From Mobula hypostoma (Eukaryota), in contig NC_086101.1 of assembly GCF_963921235.1 (NCBI RefSeq), forward strand, positions 5,210,001-5,274,000: a stretch of 64,000 nucleotides of DNA. The letters are read 5' to 3'. Of this stretch, positions 12,475 through 25,230 are shown one piece after another. The notes under the pieces are model-generated. The model had not been told where the DNA came from. It searched no databases and saw only the letters and a program-made list of their open reading frames with translations. A program made the translations under genes and the position numbers. The first letter of the stretch is position 1. Each line of letters begins with the position of its first letter.

Positions 12475-14370
12475 CGTAGAAGCATAGAAAACCTACAGCA
12501 CAATACAGGCCCTCCGGCCCACAAAGCTGTGCCGAACATGTCCTACCTTAGAAATTACTAGGTTTACCCATAACCCTCTATTTTTCTAAGCTCCATGTAC
12601 CTATCCAAAGTCTCTTAAAGGACCCTATCGTATCCGCCTCCACCACCATTGCTGGCAGTCCGTTCCACGCACTCACCACTCTCTGAGTAAAAAACTTACT
12701 CCTGACGTCTCCTCTGTACCTACTCCCCAGCACCTTAAACCTGTGTCCTCTTGTGGCAACCATTTCAGCCCTGGGAAAAAGCCTCTGACTAGCCACACGA
12801 TCAATGCCTCTCATCATCTTATAAACCTCTATCAGGTCACCTCTCGTCCTCCATCAATCCAAGGAGTAAAGGCCGAGTTCACTCAACCTATTCTCATTAG
12901 GCATGCTCCCCAATCCAGGCAACATCCTTGTAAATCTCCTCTGCACCCTTTCCATGGCTTCCACATCTGTCCTGTAGTGAGGCGACCAGAACTGAGCACA
13001 TTACTCCAAGTGGGGTCTGACTAGGGTCCTATATAGCTGCAACATTACCTCTCAGCTCCTAAATTCGGTTCCATGATTGATGAAGGCTAATACACCATAC
13101 GACTTCTTAACCACAGAGTCAACCTGTGCAACTGCTTTGAGCATCCTATGGACTCGGACCCCAAAATCCCTCTGATCCTCCACACTGCCAAGAGTCTTAC
13201 CATTAATATTATATTCTGCCATCATATTTGACCTACCAAAATGAACCACTTCACACTTATCTAGGTTGAACTCCATCTGCCACTTCTCAGCCTATCAATT
13301 GTATCCTGTCAATGTCCCACTGTAACCTTTAACAGCCCTCCACACTATCCACAGCACCCCCAACCTTTGCGTCATCAGCAAATTTACTAACTCATCCCTC
13401 CACTTCCTCATCCAGGTCATTTATAAGAATCATGAAGAGAAAGGGTCCCAGAACAGATCCCTGAGGCACACCACTGGTCACCGACCTCCATGTAGAATAT
13501 GACCCGTCTACAATCACTCTTTGCCTTCTGTGGGCAAGCCAATTCTGGATCCACAAAGCAATGTCCCCTCGGATCCCATGAGTACTTACTTTCTCAATAA
13601 GCCTTGCATGCGGTACCTTATCAAATGCCTTGCTGAAATCCATATACACTACATCTACTGCTCTTCTTTCATCAATATCTACATGCTCAAGCTTTTCAGT
13701 CTGCTGCAAGCCATCACCAAGGTCCTTTTCCATAGTGAATACTGAAGTAAAGTATTCATTAAGTACCTCTGCTATTTCCTCTGGTTCCATTCACACTTTC
13801 CCACTGTCACACTTGATAGGTCCTATTCTTTCACATCTTATCCTCTTGCTCTTCACATACTTGTAGAATGCCATGGGGTTTTCCTTTATTCTGCCTGCCA
13901 AGGCCTTCTCATGGCCCCTTCTGGCTCTCCTAATTTCATTCTTAAGCTCCTTCCTGTTAGCCTTATAATCTTCTAGATCTCTAACATTACCTAACTCTCT
14001 GAACCTTTTGTAAGCTTTTCTTTTCTTCTTGACTAGATTTATTACAGCCTTTGTACACATCGGTTCCTGTACCCTACCATAACTTCCCTGTCTCATTGGA
14101 ACATACCTACGCAGAACTCCACACAAATAACCCCTGAACATTTGCCACATTTCTTCCGTACTTTTTCCTGAGAACATCTGTTCCCAATTTAAACTTCCAA
14201 TTTCCTACCCGATAGGCTCATAATTCCCCTTACTCCAATTAAATGCTTTTCCAACTTGTCTGTTCCTATCTCTCTCCAATGCTATTGTAAAGGAGATAGA
14301 ATTATGATCACTATCTCCAAAATGCTCTCCCACTGTGAGATCTGGCACCTGACCAGGTTCATTTCCCAAT
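12475..14370 (-). mobile_element. CR1 LINE ORF2 fragment with internal deletions
   Basis: [41 protein letters not shown]; same subfamily as 22460-22895 and 29262-30675. Confidence 0.92.
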
Positions 14371-14799
14371 GAAGGGACTTTCTGTGCTGTTCTCTACATC
14401 CTACTAAGAAAACATGATTTAGCATCTCACCCTGAAAGATGGCAGCTCCAAAAGTAAATCTTGCCCTATTTCCCTAGCAGAGATGTACAATGAAATCAGC
14501 TGTGCAGATCGTTAGCATTACATTTTCCACCCAAAGTTAACGTTAATCCCTCTCTTGTCACGTGAGCTCTGGGTTCCCTATACTTTGCCTCCAGCACTGC
14601 TCACATCTGCACTGCCGCTGTCCGCTGTCTCCAGTGATGACAGGAAGAAAGAAACCTGTGAAGATTTACAGTTGTACTTGACAAACACCATGAAAACATC
14701 CCCCAGAATCCAGGCCCTGCACTCTCTGCTATAGGAAAGACATAGGCTAATGACTTCAATAAAATAAGGTCAGTCATTATTCCTCTGTTAAGCTATTTA

Positions 14800-15650
14800 G
14801 AACACAGGACATTACAGTACAGGCCCTTTGGCCCAAAATATTGTGCTGACCTTTTAACCTGCTCTAAGAGCAATCTAACTGTTCAATTTTTCTATCATCC
14901 ATGTGCCTATCTGAGGGGCTCTTAAATGTATCTGCCTCCACCATCACTCCTGGCAGTGCAATCCAGGCATCCACCACTCTCTGTGCAAAAACCTCCCTCT
15001 AACTTACTCCTTACACTTTCATCCAATCTCTAAAAGTTATGACCCCCAACCCCGTATAGATATTTCTGCCCTGGGAGAAAGTCTCTGGCTGTCCACTCGA
15101 TCTATGCACCTTATCACCTTGTACTTCTCTGTCAAGTCATCGCTGATCCTCCTTCTCTCCAAAGTGGTAAGTCAACCTTCTCACTCAACCCTTCCTCATA
15201 AAATATACTCTCTAATCCAGGCAGCATCCTGGTAAATCTCTTAATAATGTTGTGTTTCTTTGTTTTTACCGTGAGTGCCTGCGGGAAAATTTATCTTGGG
15301 GTAGTATATGGTGACATATACTGTATGTACAAACGTACTTCAATAATAAATTGATTTTGACTTTGGCATCGTGGTAAATCTTCTCTGCACCCTCTCCAAG
15401 CTTCCACATCCTTCCTCTAATGAGGCGACCAGAACTGAATACAATTCTCCAAGTGTTACCTAACAAGGGTTTTATAGAGCTGCGACATTACCTCGTGGCT
15501 CTTGAACCCCAGTCCCTCAACTAATGAAGGCTGACACACTTGACGCTTTCTAAAAGCCTTTATCAACTTCTGTGGCAACTTCGAGGGATTTACGCACAAG
15601 ATCCCTCGGTTCCTCTACACTGCTGAGCATTAACCCTTGCTCTGCCTTGT
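14800..15650 (-). mobile_element. Degraded CR1 3' fragment
   Basis: aatccaggcagcatcctggtaaatctc and gcgaccagaactgaatacaattctcc motifs. Confidence 0.75.
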
Positions 15651-16254
15651 TATCGACTTGTACATCAGTCTACATAATGGACCACCTTTTAGTACTGGAG
15701 TTTTCTTCCCTTGGTGGCTCAGACGGATGACTGTGGCTCCTTCTTTCTGAGTGAGTGAACTATCTCGACTACACCTTAAATTGGTCCCTTTGTGGCTTTG
15801 TGAGCTGAATCTCCCTTGGAACTGTCTGCTCTCTCAACTGAACATAAAAGGTCCCTTGGGCCACTGTTTTGCATAGGAGCAGGCAGGAGATGGGGGCTGG
15901 GCCCAAGAGAGTGGGGCTGTGTTCCTCCCAGAGACCCGAGCTTTCTCAGTCAACATTACTTCTTAAAAGACTAACTTTCTATAAGCAAATGTTAAAAGGA
16001 AACAAGAGGTCAGCTTTATTTATCTTGCAGTGAATTGCATCATTTTCTTTCACTGGCTAACACAGCCTGAAGATGTGCTGGGGCGGCCCACGTGGTTCCA
16101 TGTTTCCAATGCCAATGTAACTTGCCCACAACTTACTAACCCTTGCTAACTCGCAGTCTTTGGAATGTGGGAGGAAACCCTTCATTAGGAATGGAAGTAC
16201 AGGAGCCTTGGGTCCCACATCAGCAGGATTAGGATCAGTTATTACTCTTCAGGG

Positions 16255-18050
16255 TCTATCCAAACTAGAAACCCTGAATCAACAGTTCTGTGCGAGCAGC
16301 ACTTACCATGCAAGACAGAGCTTGCGTTGCCGGTGACCAACAGGAACTCAAAGAAATGCAGCTACGATCTGCGCGGTCATCAAGGCAGCGAAACGCCAAC
16401 ATGGGGACAAGATCCAGACACAATTCTCCCCCAGCAGCACACGCAGCTTATGGCAAGCTCTGCACAGCGTCGCAGACTTCAAAGCTAAACGCAGTGGTGT
16501 TTCCAACATCGCTTCCTCTCTCGGTTCGATGTCGCCAACACTGAGCCCGAGGAGAGCTGCCGATGGACCTGCAGCTTGGTCATCTGTGAGGCTGAAACAC
16601 ACGGGTGTTTCCAACGAGTGGACAGTGGCAAGGCTGCGGGACCGGACGGCATCCCAGGGCAGATACTCAGAGTGTGCGCGGCACAACTGGCAGGTTTACA
16701 GATATTTTTCATCACTCCTTCTCCCAGTGTAGCGTGTCCTCCTGCTTCAAAACATCCACCATTGTCCCTGTACCTAAAAAGACCAAGGTAACATGTCCGA
16801 ACGACTGGTGTCCTGTCACACTCACCTCACTGATAAGCAACTGCTTTGAGAAGCTGGTCGAGGATTACATCTGCAGCTTGCTACCACCCACACTGGACCC
16901 CCTACAGTTCAGCTACCAACACAACTGATCGACGGATGATGCAATAGTCACAGCTCTACACACCGTCCTTACACACCTGAAGGATGCTGTTCTTGGTCTA
17001 CAGTTCAGCATTCAACACCATAGTTCCCTCTAGGCTCATCAAGAAGTTCAGAGACCCCTGCCTTGTGCAGCTGGATCCTGGAGTTCCTGTCAGATCACCG
17101 GCAGGTGGTAAGAGGGGACCCCCTCTCCTCCACCCCTCTGGCCCTCAACACAGGTGCCTCTCAGGGCTGTGTTCTAAGCCCCCTCCTTTACTCCCTGTAT
17201 ACCCATGACTGTGCCGCCACCCACAGCTCCAATCTACTAATTAAATTTGCTGACTATACTACGTTGATTGGCCTAATCTCAAATAATAATGAGGCAGCTT
17301 GCAGAGAAGTAATCACCCTGACACAGTGGTGTCAAAAGAATAACCTCTCCCTCAATGTCACAAAACCAAAGGAACTGGTTGTGGACTACAGGAGGAATGG
17401 AGACAGGTTAACCCCTATTTACATCGGTGGATCTGGGGTTGAGAGGGTGAAGTTCCTTGGCAGACACATCACCGAGGATCTCACGTGGTCTGTACATTCT
17501 TGCTGTGAGGTGAAAAAAGCACAACAGTGTCTCTTTCACCTCAGACCGTTGAAGAAGTTTGGTATGAGCATCCAAATCCTAAGAACTTTCTACAGGGGCA
17601 CAATTGAGAGCACCCTGACTGGCTGCATCACTGCCTGGTGTGGGAGCTGTACTTCCCCAATCGCAGGACTCTGCAGGGAGTGGTGCGGACAGCCCAGGAC
17701 ATCTGTAGATGTCAGCCTCCCACTATTCAAGACAATTATAAAGAAAGGATCATTGGGGACCCGAGTCACCCCAACCACAAACTGTTCCAGCTGCTACCAT
17801 CTGGGAAACAGTACCACAGCATTAAAGCCAGGACCAACAGGCTCCAGGACAGCTTCTTCCACCAGGTCATCAGACTGATTAATTCATGCTGATACAATTG
17901 CGTTTCTATGTTATATTGACTGTCCTGTTGTACATACTATTTATTATAAATTACTATACATTGCACATTTAGACGGAGATGTAACGTAAAGATTTTTACT
18001 CATGTATATGAAGGATGTAAGTAATAAAGTCAATTCAGTTCAAATCAATT
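16255..18050 (+). mobile_element. Rex1/Babar-type LINE, degraded RT
   Basis: KAAGPDGIPG, CFKTSTIVPVPKK, LNTGASQGCVLSPLLYSLYTHDC, IKFAD, DPSHPNHKLFQLLPSG; frameshifted; aataaag plus (aattc) tail. Confidence 0.92.
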
Positions 18051-18059
18051 CAACCATCA

Positions 18060-19335
18060 AGTTTTACAGAGGCATGAGAGAGAAGCTTGCCCAGATGGAT
18101 TGGAGGAAGATGCTGGCAGGTATGAAGGCAGAGCAGAGATGGCTGAAGTTTATGGGGATGGTTCACAAGGCGCAGGGTAGATAGGTCCCAAAGAAGAAAT
18201 TCTCGGGGAAGTCTTGCCTGAGTTCTTCGTGGAAGTTACAAGCAGGATGGACAAAGGAGAGGCAGTAGATGTCACTTACTTGTATTTTCAGAAGGCATTG
18301 GACAAGGTGCCACACATGAGGATGCTTACCAAGATAAAACCCTATGGAACACACACAGAATGCTGGAGGAACTCAGCAGGCCAGGTAGTATCTTTGAAAA
18401 GAGTACAGTCCTGCTGAAGGGTGCCAGCCAGAAACGTCAACTAAACTCTTTTCTATAGATGCTGCCAGCTACTGTATTCCACCCACATTTTGTGTGTGTT
18501 GCTTGGACTTCCAGCATCTGCAGATTTTCTCTTGTTTTTAAAATCCTATGATGTTACAAGAAAGATACTGGCATGGATAGAGGAATGGCTGACAGGCAGG
18601 AGACAGCTTGTGGGAATAAACGGGGCCTTTCCTGGTTGGCTGCCAGTGACTAGTGGTGTTCCTCAGGGATCAGTATTAGGACCACTACTCTTCACATTGT
18701 TTGTCAGTGATTTGGATAATGAAATTGATGGCATTATGGCAAAGTTTTTCAGATGGCACAAAGATAGGTGGAGGGGTAGGTAGTGCTGAGGAAGTAACGC
18801 GATTGCTGCAGAACTTATACAAATTTGAAGGATGTGTTGTCATTGGAGAGAGTCCAGAGAAAGTTCATGAGGATGATTCTGGGAATGAAGGGTTTAAATA
18901 TGAGGAACATTTGGTGGCTTTGGGCCTGTACTCACTGGAATTCAGAAATGCAGGGGGATCTCATTGAAACCTACTGAACGTTGGAAGGACTAGATAAGGT
19001 AGATATGGACAGGATGTTTCCTATAGTGGGTGTGTCCAGAACTAGAGGGCACAGTCTCAAAATTGAGGGGCAACCTTTTAGAACACAGGTAAGGAGGATT
19101 TTTAGCCAGAGGGTAGTGAATCTGTGGAATGCTCTGCCATAGATTGGTGATGCCAAGTCTGTGGGTATATTTAAGGTGGAAATTGATAGCTTCCTGATTG
19201 GTCAGGATATCAAAGGATATGGCGAGAAGGCAGGTGTATGGGGTTGAGTGGGATCCGGGATCAACCATGATGGAATGGCAGAGCAGACTCAATGGGCTGA
19301 ATGGCCTAATTCTGCTCCTATGTCTTATGGTCTTA
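18060..19335 (+). mobile_element. CR1 LINE fragments with an inserted Penelope-derived fold-back element (about 18348-18538)
   Basis: YFQKALDKVPH and [16 protein letters not shown]; tail tatgtcttatggtctta; the insert is flanked by aaa(c/t)cctatg. Confidence 0.85.
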
Positions 19336-19406
19336 TTTATTTAATTTAACTTTTTATAATATATATCATTACTATAATTTAGTTGTTATTATTAGGTATG
19401 GCAATA

Positions 19407-19868
19407 CCCTGGCATGCAAAAGTTTGGGCACCCCGGTCAAAATTTCTGTTACTGTGAATAGCTAAGCAAGTAAAAGATGAACTGATTTCCAAAAGGCATA
19501 AAGTTAAAGATGACATATTTCTTTAATATTTTAAGCAAGAAAACTTTTTTATTTCCATCTTTTACAGTTTCAATTGAAAGACTCTTAGCGGCTACAAAAA
19601 GTGTTTACAAGCTGTGATACTTGCCAAAGGGGGTGTTACTAAGTACTGCCATGCAGGGTGCCCAAACTTTTGCTTCAAGCCCTTTTCCTTTTTTGTTATT
19701 TTGAAACTGTAAAAGATGGAAATAATAAAGTTTTCTTGCTTAAAATATTGAAGTAATGTGTCATCTTTAACTTTATGCCTTTTGGAAATCAGTTCATCTT
19801 TTACTCGCTTAGCTATTCACAGTAACAGAAATTTTGACCAGGGGTGCCCAGACTTTTGCATGCCACTG
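19407..19868. mobile_element. Non-autonomous Tc1-family (IR/DR-type) DNA transposon
   Basis: About 165-bp terminal inverted repeats (tggcatgcaaaagtttgggcacccc...gtttcaa versus ttgaaac...ggggtgcccagacttttgcatgccactg), TA flanks, and an internal direct-repeat copy gggtgcccaaacttttgc at about 19656. Confidence 0.92.
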
Positions 19869-20586
19869 TATACTGCTGTCACATAACCAGGCCCCTCACC
19901 ACTCAGTTCAAGAACAGGTTACTACCCTACAACCACCAGGCTGTTGACAGGGGTTAACTACACTCGCTTGCCCCATCCATTGAAATTTCATGTCCTCTTT
20001 ATTTATTGCTATTTATTTATATTTGCATTTTCATAGTTTGTTGTTTTCTGGACTCTAGTTCATCTTTCATTGTTCCTGTTATAGTTGCTATTCTATAGGT
20101 TTGAGTATGCCTGCAGGAAAATGAATTTCAGGGTTATAGGTGATGACATACTGCATCTGTGCTTTGATAATAAAGTTTACTTTGAACTTTAACAACAAAT
20201 TTCACAAGATATGACAGTGATGATAAACCTGATTCTCAGCCTGATCTTTCTCCTGGGATCACTCTTTCTAATGGGGATAAATTTATAGTGTACTTCTGAC
20301 AGGTATACAATTAGAAGTAGCAAGAATGAATGAACTAAGAGCTTTCAGGGTGAGCCAAAGTGTCCCACAGCTAATGTGACTTTTCTGAAATTGTAATGAA
20401 GGAAGCTGAACAGGTAATTTCCATGTAGTAACTGAATGTAAACAACAACACAGTGATGATTTGTCAAAAACTATTGGACAATATACCAGAGAACTACAAA
20501 CAAGAGAAAATCTGCAGATGCTGAAATCAAATAATACAGGCAAAATGCTGGAGGAACTCAGTAGGACAGGCGGCATGTATGGAAAT

Positions 20587-21335
20587 TAGATTAGATTAGA
20601 TTCAACTTTATTGTCATTGTGCTGAGTACAGATACAAAGTCAATGAAATGCAGTTAGCATCTGACCAGAAATGCAAAGAATAGTGTGATTTGCAAAATAA
20701 CTGCGAATAAAAAAAGTGCTACAGCACACAAATAGAAAAGTACTGAGACAGTACAATATGGGTGCAATACTGCTTAGCGCTGTGATGTGAGGTTCAGCAG
20801 GGTCACAGCCTCAGGGAAGAAGCTCTTCCTGTGCCTGCTGGTGCAGGAGTGGAGGCTCCTGTAGCGCCTACCGGTTGGGAGGAGAGTAAAAAGTCCATGG
20901 TTAGGGTGAGATGCATCCCTGATAATGCTTTTCGCCCTGCCCAGGCAGCGTTTATGGCAGATGTTCTCAATGGTGGGCAATTGGGTGCTGATAATCCACT
21001 GGGCAGTTTTCACCACTTGCTGGAGTGCTTTGCGGTCCGATATGGACAATTGCCATACCACACTGAGATGCAGTTGGTGAGTAAGCTCTCAATGGTACAG
21101 CGGTAAAAGTCCGTCAGTCTCCTGGGACAGAGGTGAGCTTTCTCGATGCTCCACAGGAAATAAAGGCACTATTGCACCTTTTTGACCAGGATGGAGGAGT
21201 TCAGGGACCAGGTGAGATCCTCGGAAATGTGGACACCAAGGAATTTGAAGCTTGACACACACTCCACTACAGCTCCTTTGATGTAGGTAGGGACGTGAGT
21301 GTGGCTCCTGGCATGCCTGAAGTCCACAACGATCT
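20587..21335 (-). mobile_element. Rex1/Babar LINE 3' fragment inserted in a Penelope pLTR remnant (about 20498-21710)
   Basis: FKFLGVHISEDLTW and DASHPNHGLFTLLPTGRRYRS; (tctaa) tail; the Penelope sequence resumes after the insert. Confidence 0.85.
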
Positions 21336-22169
21336 CCAGAAATGAATAAACAGTCAGCGTTTCAGGCTGAGACCCTTCATCAGGACTGGCAAGGAAGGGG
21401 GAAGTTGTTAGAATAGAAAGGAGGGGGTGGGGGAGGAGGATAAAATAGAAGGTGATAGATGAAGCCAGGTGAGTTGGGGAGGGAGATGAAGTAAGAAGCT
21501 GGGCGATGATAGGTGGGAAAGGCAAAGGCGGGAGGAGAAGGAATCTGATAGGAGAGGAGAGTTGACCAGGGGAGAAAGGGAAGAAGGAAGGGCACCAGGG
21601 GGTGGTGATAGGCAGGTGAGAAGAAGAGGTAAGAGGCCAAAGGGTAGAACTGAAAAAAGGAAGGGAGAGGGAAAAATTACTGGGAGTTAAAGAAATGGAC
21701 GTTCATCAATTTTGATGGCTTATGAGGCAAAGGGATGGTTGGGGTACTGAGAGTGTAGAGGGAAAATGGCTATCAAATCGAGTTGAGAAGGTGGTATGAG
21801 ACATTGTTCTGGGATGTCACTAAAGACGAGCGCATTTCCACAGAGGCATCACAGAGAGAGCTTTCTGACTGGTTGCATCAGCACCTCCTCTGCACAGGAT
21901 TGGAAATAAAACTTCAGAGGGTTGTAAACTCAGCCGGTTCCATCATGGGCACCAGCCTCCCAGCATAGAGGACATCTTCAAAAGGCAATACTTCAAGAAT
22001 GCAGCATCCATTGTGAAGTACCCTCATCACCCAGGGCAGGCACTCTCCTCACTGGAGGAGTCTGAAGAGGCACACTCAATATTTTAAGAGAAGCTTCACC
22101 AGTGTCAGATTTCTCAACGGTCCACGAACCTTACTATTTGCTCTCTTTTTTGCGCTATCTATTTCTTTA

Positions 22170-23135
22170 TACGCTCAGTAGTCCTGTTTCTAATAAAGTG
22201 CTCCATCACATCCTCTTCAAGGTTTGGCATGCTGTGTACTTTGAGATGCTCTTGTGCACACCACTGTTGTAACGTGCGGTTATTTGAGTTACTGTCGCCT
22301 TCCTGTCGGCTTGAACCAGTCTGACCATTCGCCCCTGACCTCTCTCATTAACAAGGCACTTTCGCCCACAGAACTGCCGCTCACCGAGTGTTTTTTTGTT
22401 TGCTTGTTTTTTTTTACACCATTCTCTGTAAATTCTAGAGAATGTTGTGTGTGAAAATGGGGAGCATGCCTTATGAGAACAGGCTGAGTGAACTTGGCCT
22501 TTTCTCCTTGGAGCGTGGAGGATGAGAGGCGACCTGATAGAGGTGCATAAGATGATGAGAGGCATTGATCGTGTGGATAGTCAGAGGCTTTTTCCCAGGG
22601 CTGAAATGGCTAACCTGACAGGGCACAGTTTTAAGATGCTGGGGAGTAGGTGCAGAGGAGATGTCAGGGGTAAGTGTTTTACGCAGAGAGTGGTGAGTGC
22701 GTGGAATGGGCTGCCGGCGACGGTGGTCGGGACGGATACAATAGGGTCTTTTAAGAGGCTCCTGGACGGGTACATGGAGCTCAGAAAAAATAGAGGGCTA
22801 TGGTTAACCCTAGGTAATTTCTAAGGTAGGGACATGTTCAGCACAGCTTTGTGGGCTGACGGGCCTGTATTGTACTGTAGGTTTTCTATGTTTCTAAAAT
22901 CCCAGGAGATCAGCACTTTCTGAGACTCTCAAACCACACTATCTGAATGACCAACAATCATTCCATGGTCAAAGTCACTTATATCATATTTCTTCCCCAT
23001 TCTATTGTTTGGTCTGAACAACTGAACCTCTTCACCATGTTTATGTATTGAGTTGCTGCTACATGATTGGCTGATTAGATAATTGCTTTAATGAGCAAGA
23101 GCACATAGTACCTAATAAAGCTGCCACTGAGGTAC
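22170..23135 (-). mobile_element. Tc1-derived element with transposase N-terminal remnant, interrupted by CR1 (22460-22895, +)
   Basis: RMVRLVQADRKATVTQITARYNSG; terminal motif like ctcagtggc..ctttattaggtac; same family at 38545-39347 and about 50660-51030. Confidence 0.8.
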
Positions 23136-23610
23136 ATTCCTATTGTAGTTTGTAATAATCTTTACATGTTGCACTTCACTGCAACAAATGTCATGACCTA
23201 TGCCAGTGATAATAAACCTGATTCTGATTTTGCCCCGCTCAAAGAGGCTGTAAAGTTTATAAAAACTTGGGAGTGGAAGAGATTTGTTGGGTCAAGTGCC
23301 TTCTATTGATTGGAGCCATGTGGTTCAAAGTTCAAAGTACATATACAACCCTGAGATTCATTTCCTTGCTGGCATACTCAAAATCTATAACAGAATTACC
23401 CAACGGAGGCGTTCAGCCAGAGTGCAGAAGACTACAAACTGTACAAGTACGAAAAGAAGAAACAACACTAATAAATATACAAACAATAATTATCGAGAAC
23501 CAGAGATGAAGAGTGCCTGAAAGTGAATTCATAGGTTGTGGGAACAGTCCAGTGTTGGGGTGAGTGAAGTTATCTCCTTCCTGATGGTTGAGAGGTGGTG
23601 TGAGCCCTGA

Positions 23611-23824
23611 GTCTCCTGTATCTTCCTGACGGCAGTAGCCAGAAGAGAACATGCCCTGGACGGTGGGAGTACCTGATGATGGTCTCCTGTATCTTCCTGA
23701 CGGCAGTAGCCAGAAGAGAACATGCCCTGGACAGTGGGAGTACCTGATGATGGTCTCCTGTATCTTCCTGACGGCAGTAGCCAGAAGAGAACATGCCCTG
23801 GACGGTGGGAGTGCCTGATGATGG
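23611..23824. repeat. 3 x 71-bp tandem repeat inside a Rex-derived non-autonomous element
   Basis: gtctcctgtatcttcctgacggcag starts at 23611, 23682 and 23753. Confidence 0.9.
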
Positions 23825-25069
23825 AAGCTGTCTTTGTAAAGTAATTGAGCACACGGTGTAATTGATTGCGCGTGGGATATGACTCAAGGGAGACGGTTCC
23901 GTGTGAGTGCACCTCTTGGATTGCACAACAGATACAGGTTTAAAAAAATCGCCCAATTATCCTGAGCCCTGATAGCTTGACGAGGATGCGATGGTTACGT
24001 GGGATCGCACTGCTGTAATGAATACCGGGTTGCCACCGTCCAGGAATGTGCTTGCCACACCAATTGTCCTCCTCCTCTCTTCCTCTCTGACTTTTGCCTC
24101 CAGTTCACATTGAGAAGTGACGACTGCTGATTGTGCGCGGTCGTTAATTGCAAATTGCCGATGTTCACCTGGCAACTCAATCCCCAAGGAAGGAGAGAGC
24201 ACATCTCTCAGGATTGTCAAGAATAAAGCAATAATTAGCCTGGGAGCAATTAGCGGTTGACGCGTTAACACGGTGTATCTTCATGGAGCAGGGCCAGTAG
24301 AATATTGTTTATTCCCTACCCCCATCCTGGGCCCTCGCCTCCCTACAGAGTTAAGCCTGCTCTTAGCCTCCGAGCTGCTCTCCTCTCTTAACTAAAAGAA
24401 ACATATGGATATATTCACTTTCCTCCCAAAAATATGCTTTAATTATAAATTTGCATTTAACATATATATTCATGACCATGATGACATATTTAACTTGCTT
24501 GTCAGATTTATATTATAAAATGAAGCTTTGGAGAGGGTACAGAAGAGGCTGTCTGGATTAGAGGTCAAGTGCTACAATGAGGGGCGGGACAAGCTTGGGT
24601 TGTTTCCTTGGGAGCCGTGGAGGCTGAGGGGAGATCCGATCGAGGTTTTATTATGGCAGGCAGAGATAGAGTAGAAAGACAAAATCTTTTTCCCAGGCTT
24701 GAAATGTCTAGTACCAGAGGGCACGCATTTAAGGAGAGAAGGGGTAATTTCCAAGGAGATGTGAGGGGCTAGTTTTTCACACAGAGAGTAAAAAATGTGG
24801 GGTGGTGGTAGAGGCAGGTACATTAGGGACTTTTAAAAGCTGTTTAGATAGGCGACGAATGTGAGGAAAATGGACGGATTGTGTAGGCAGAAGGGATTAG
24901 TTTAGTTGGCTGCTTGATCACTAATTTAATTGATGCAGTAAATCGCTGTGGGCCAAAGGGCGTGTTCCTGTCTGTGCTGAACTGGTTTCTGTAAGAACAC
25001 TTTGGCCCACAACATTGTGCCGGCCACTTAAACTACCCAAAAAGGATCTAGCGCTTTCTCGGCGTATAT

Positions 25070-25230
25070 GACGAACAAACTCTTCTCGGGCTTCCATTTG
25101 GGTACAGGTATCAATTATAATCGACGTTTCAATGGCAGTCTCCGCCATCTTCAACTCTGATTTGTCATGGAAACGTTGGTTATAACCAATACCTGTACCC
25201 AGCAGAAAGCCTGAGAACAGTTTATCCATC
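25070..25230. repeat. Imperfect inverted repeat (about 65-bp arms), probably tail-to-tail Penelope-like termini
   Basis: Left arm aaactcttctcgggcttccatttgggtacaggtatcaattataatcgacgtttc; reverse complement of right arm aaactgttctcaggctttctgctgggtacaggtattggttataaccaacgtttc. Confidence 0.85.
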
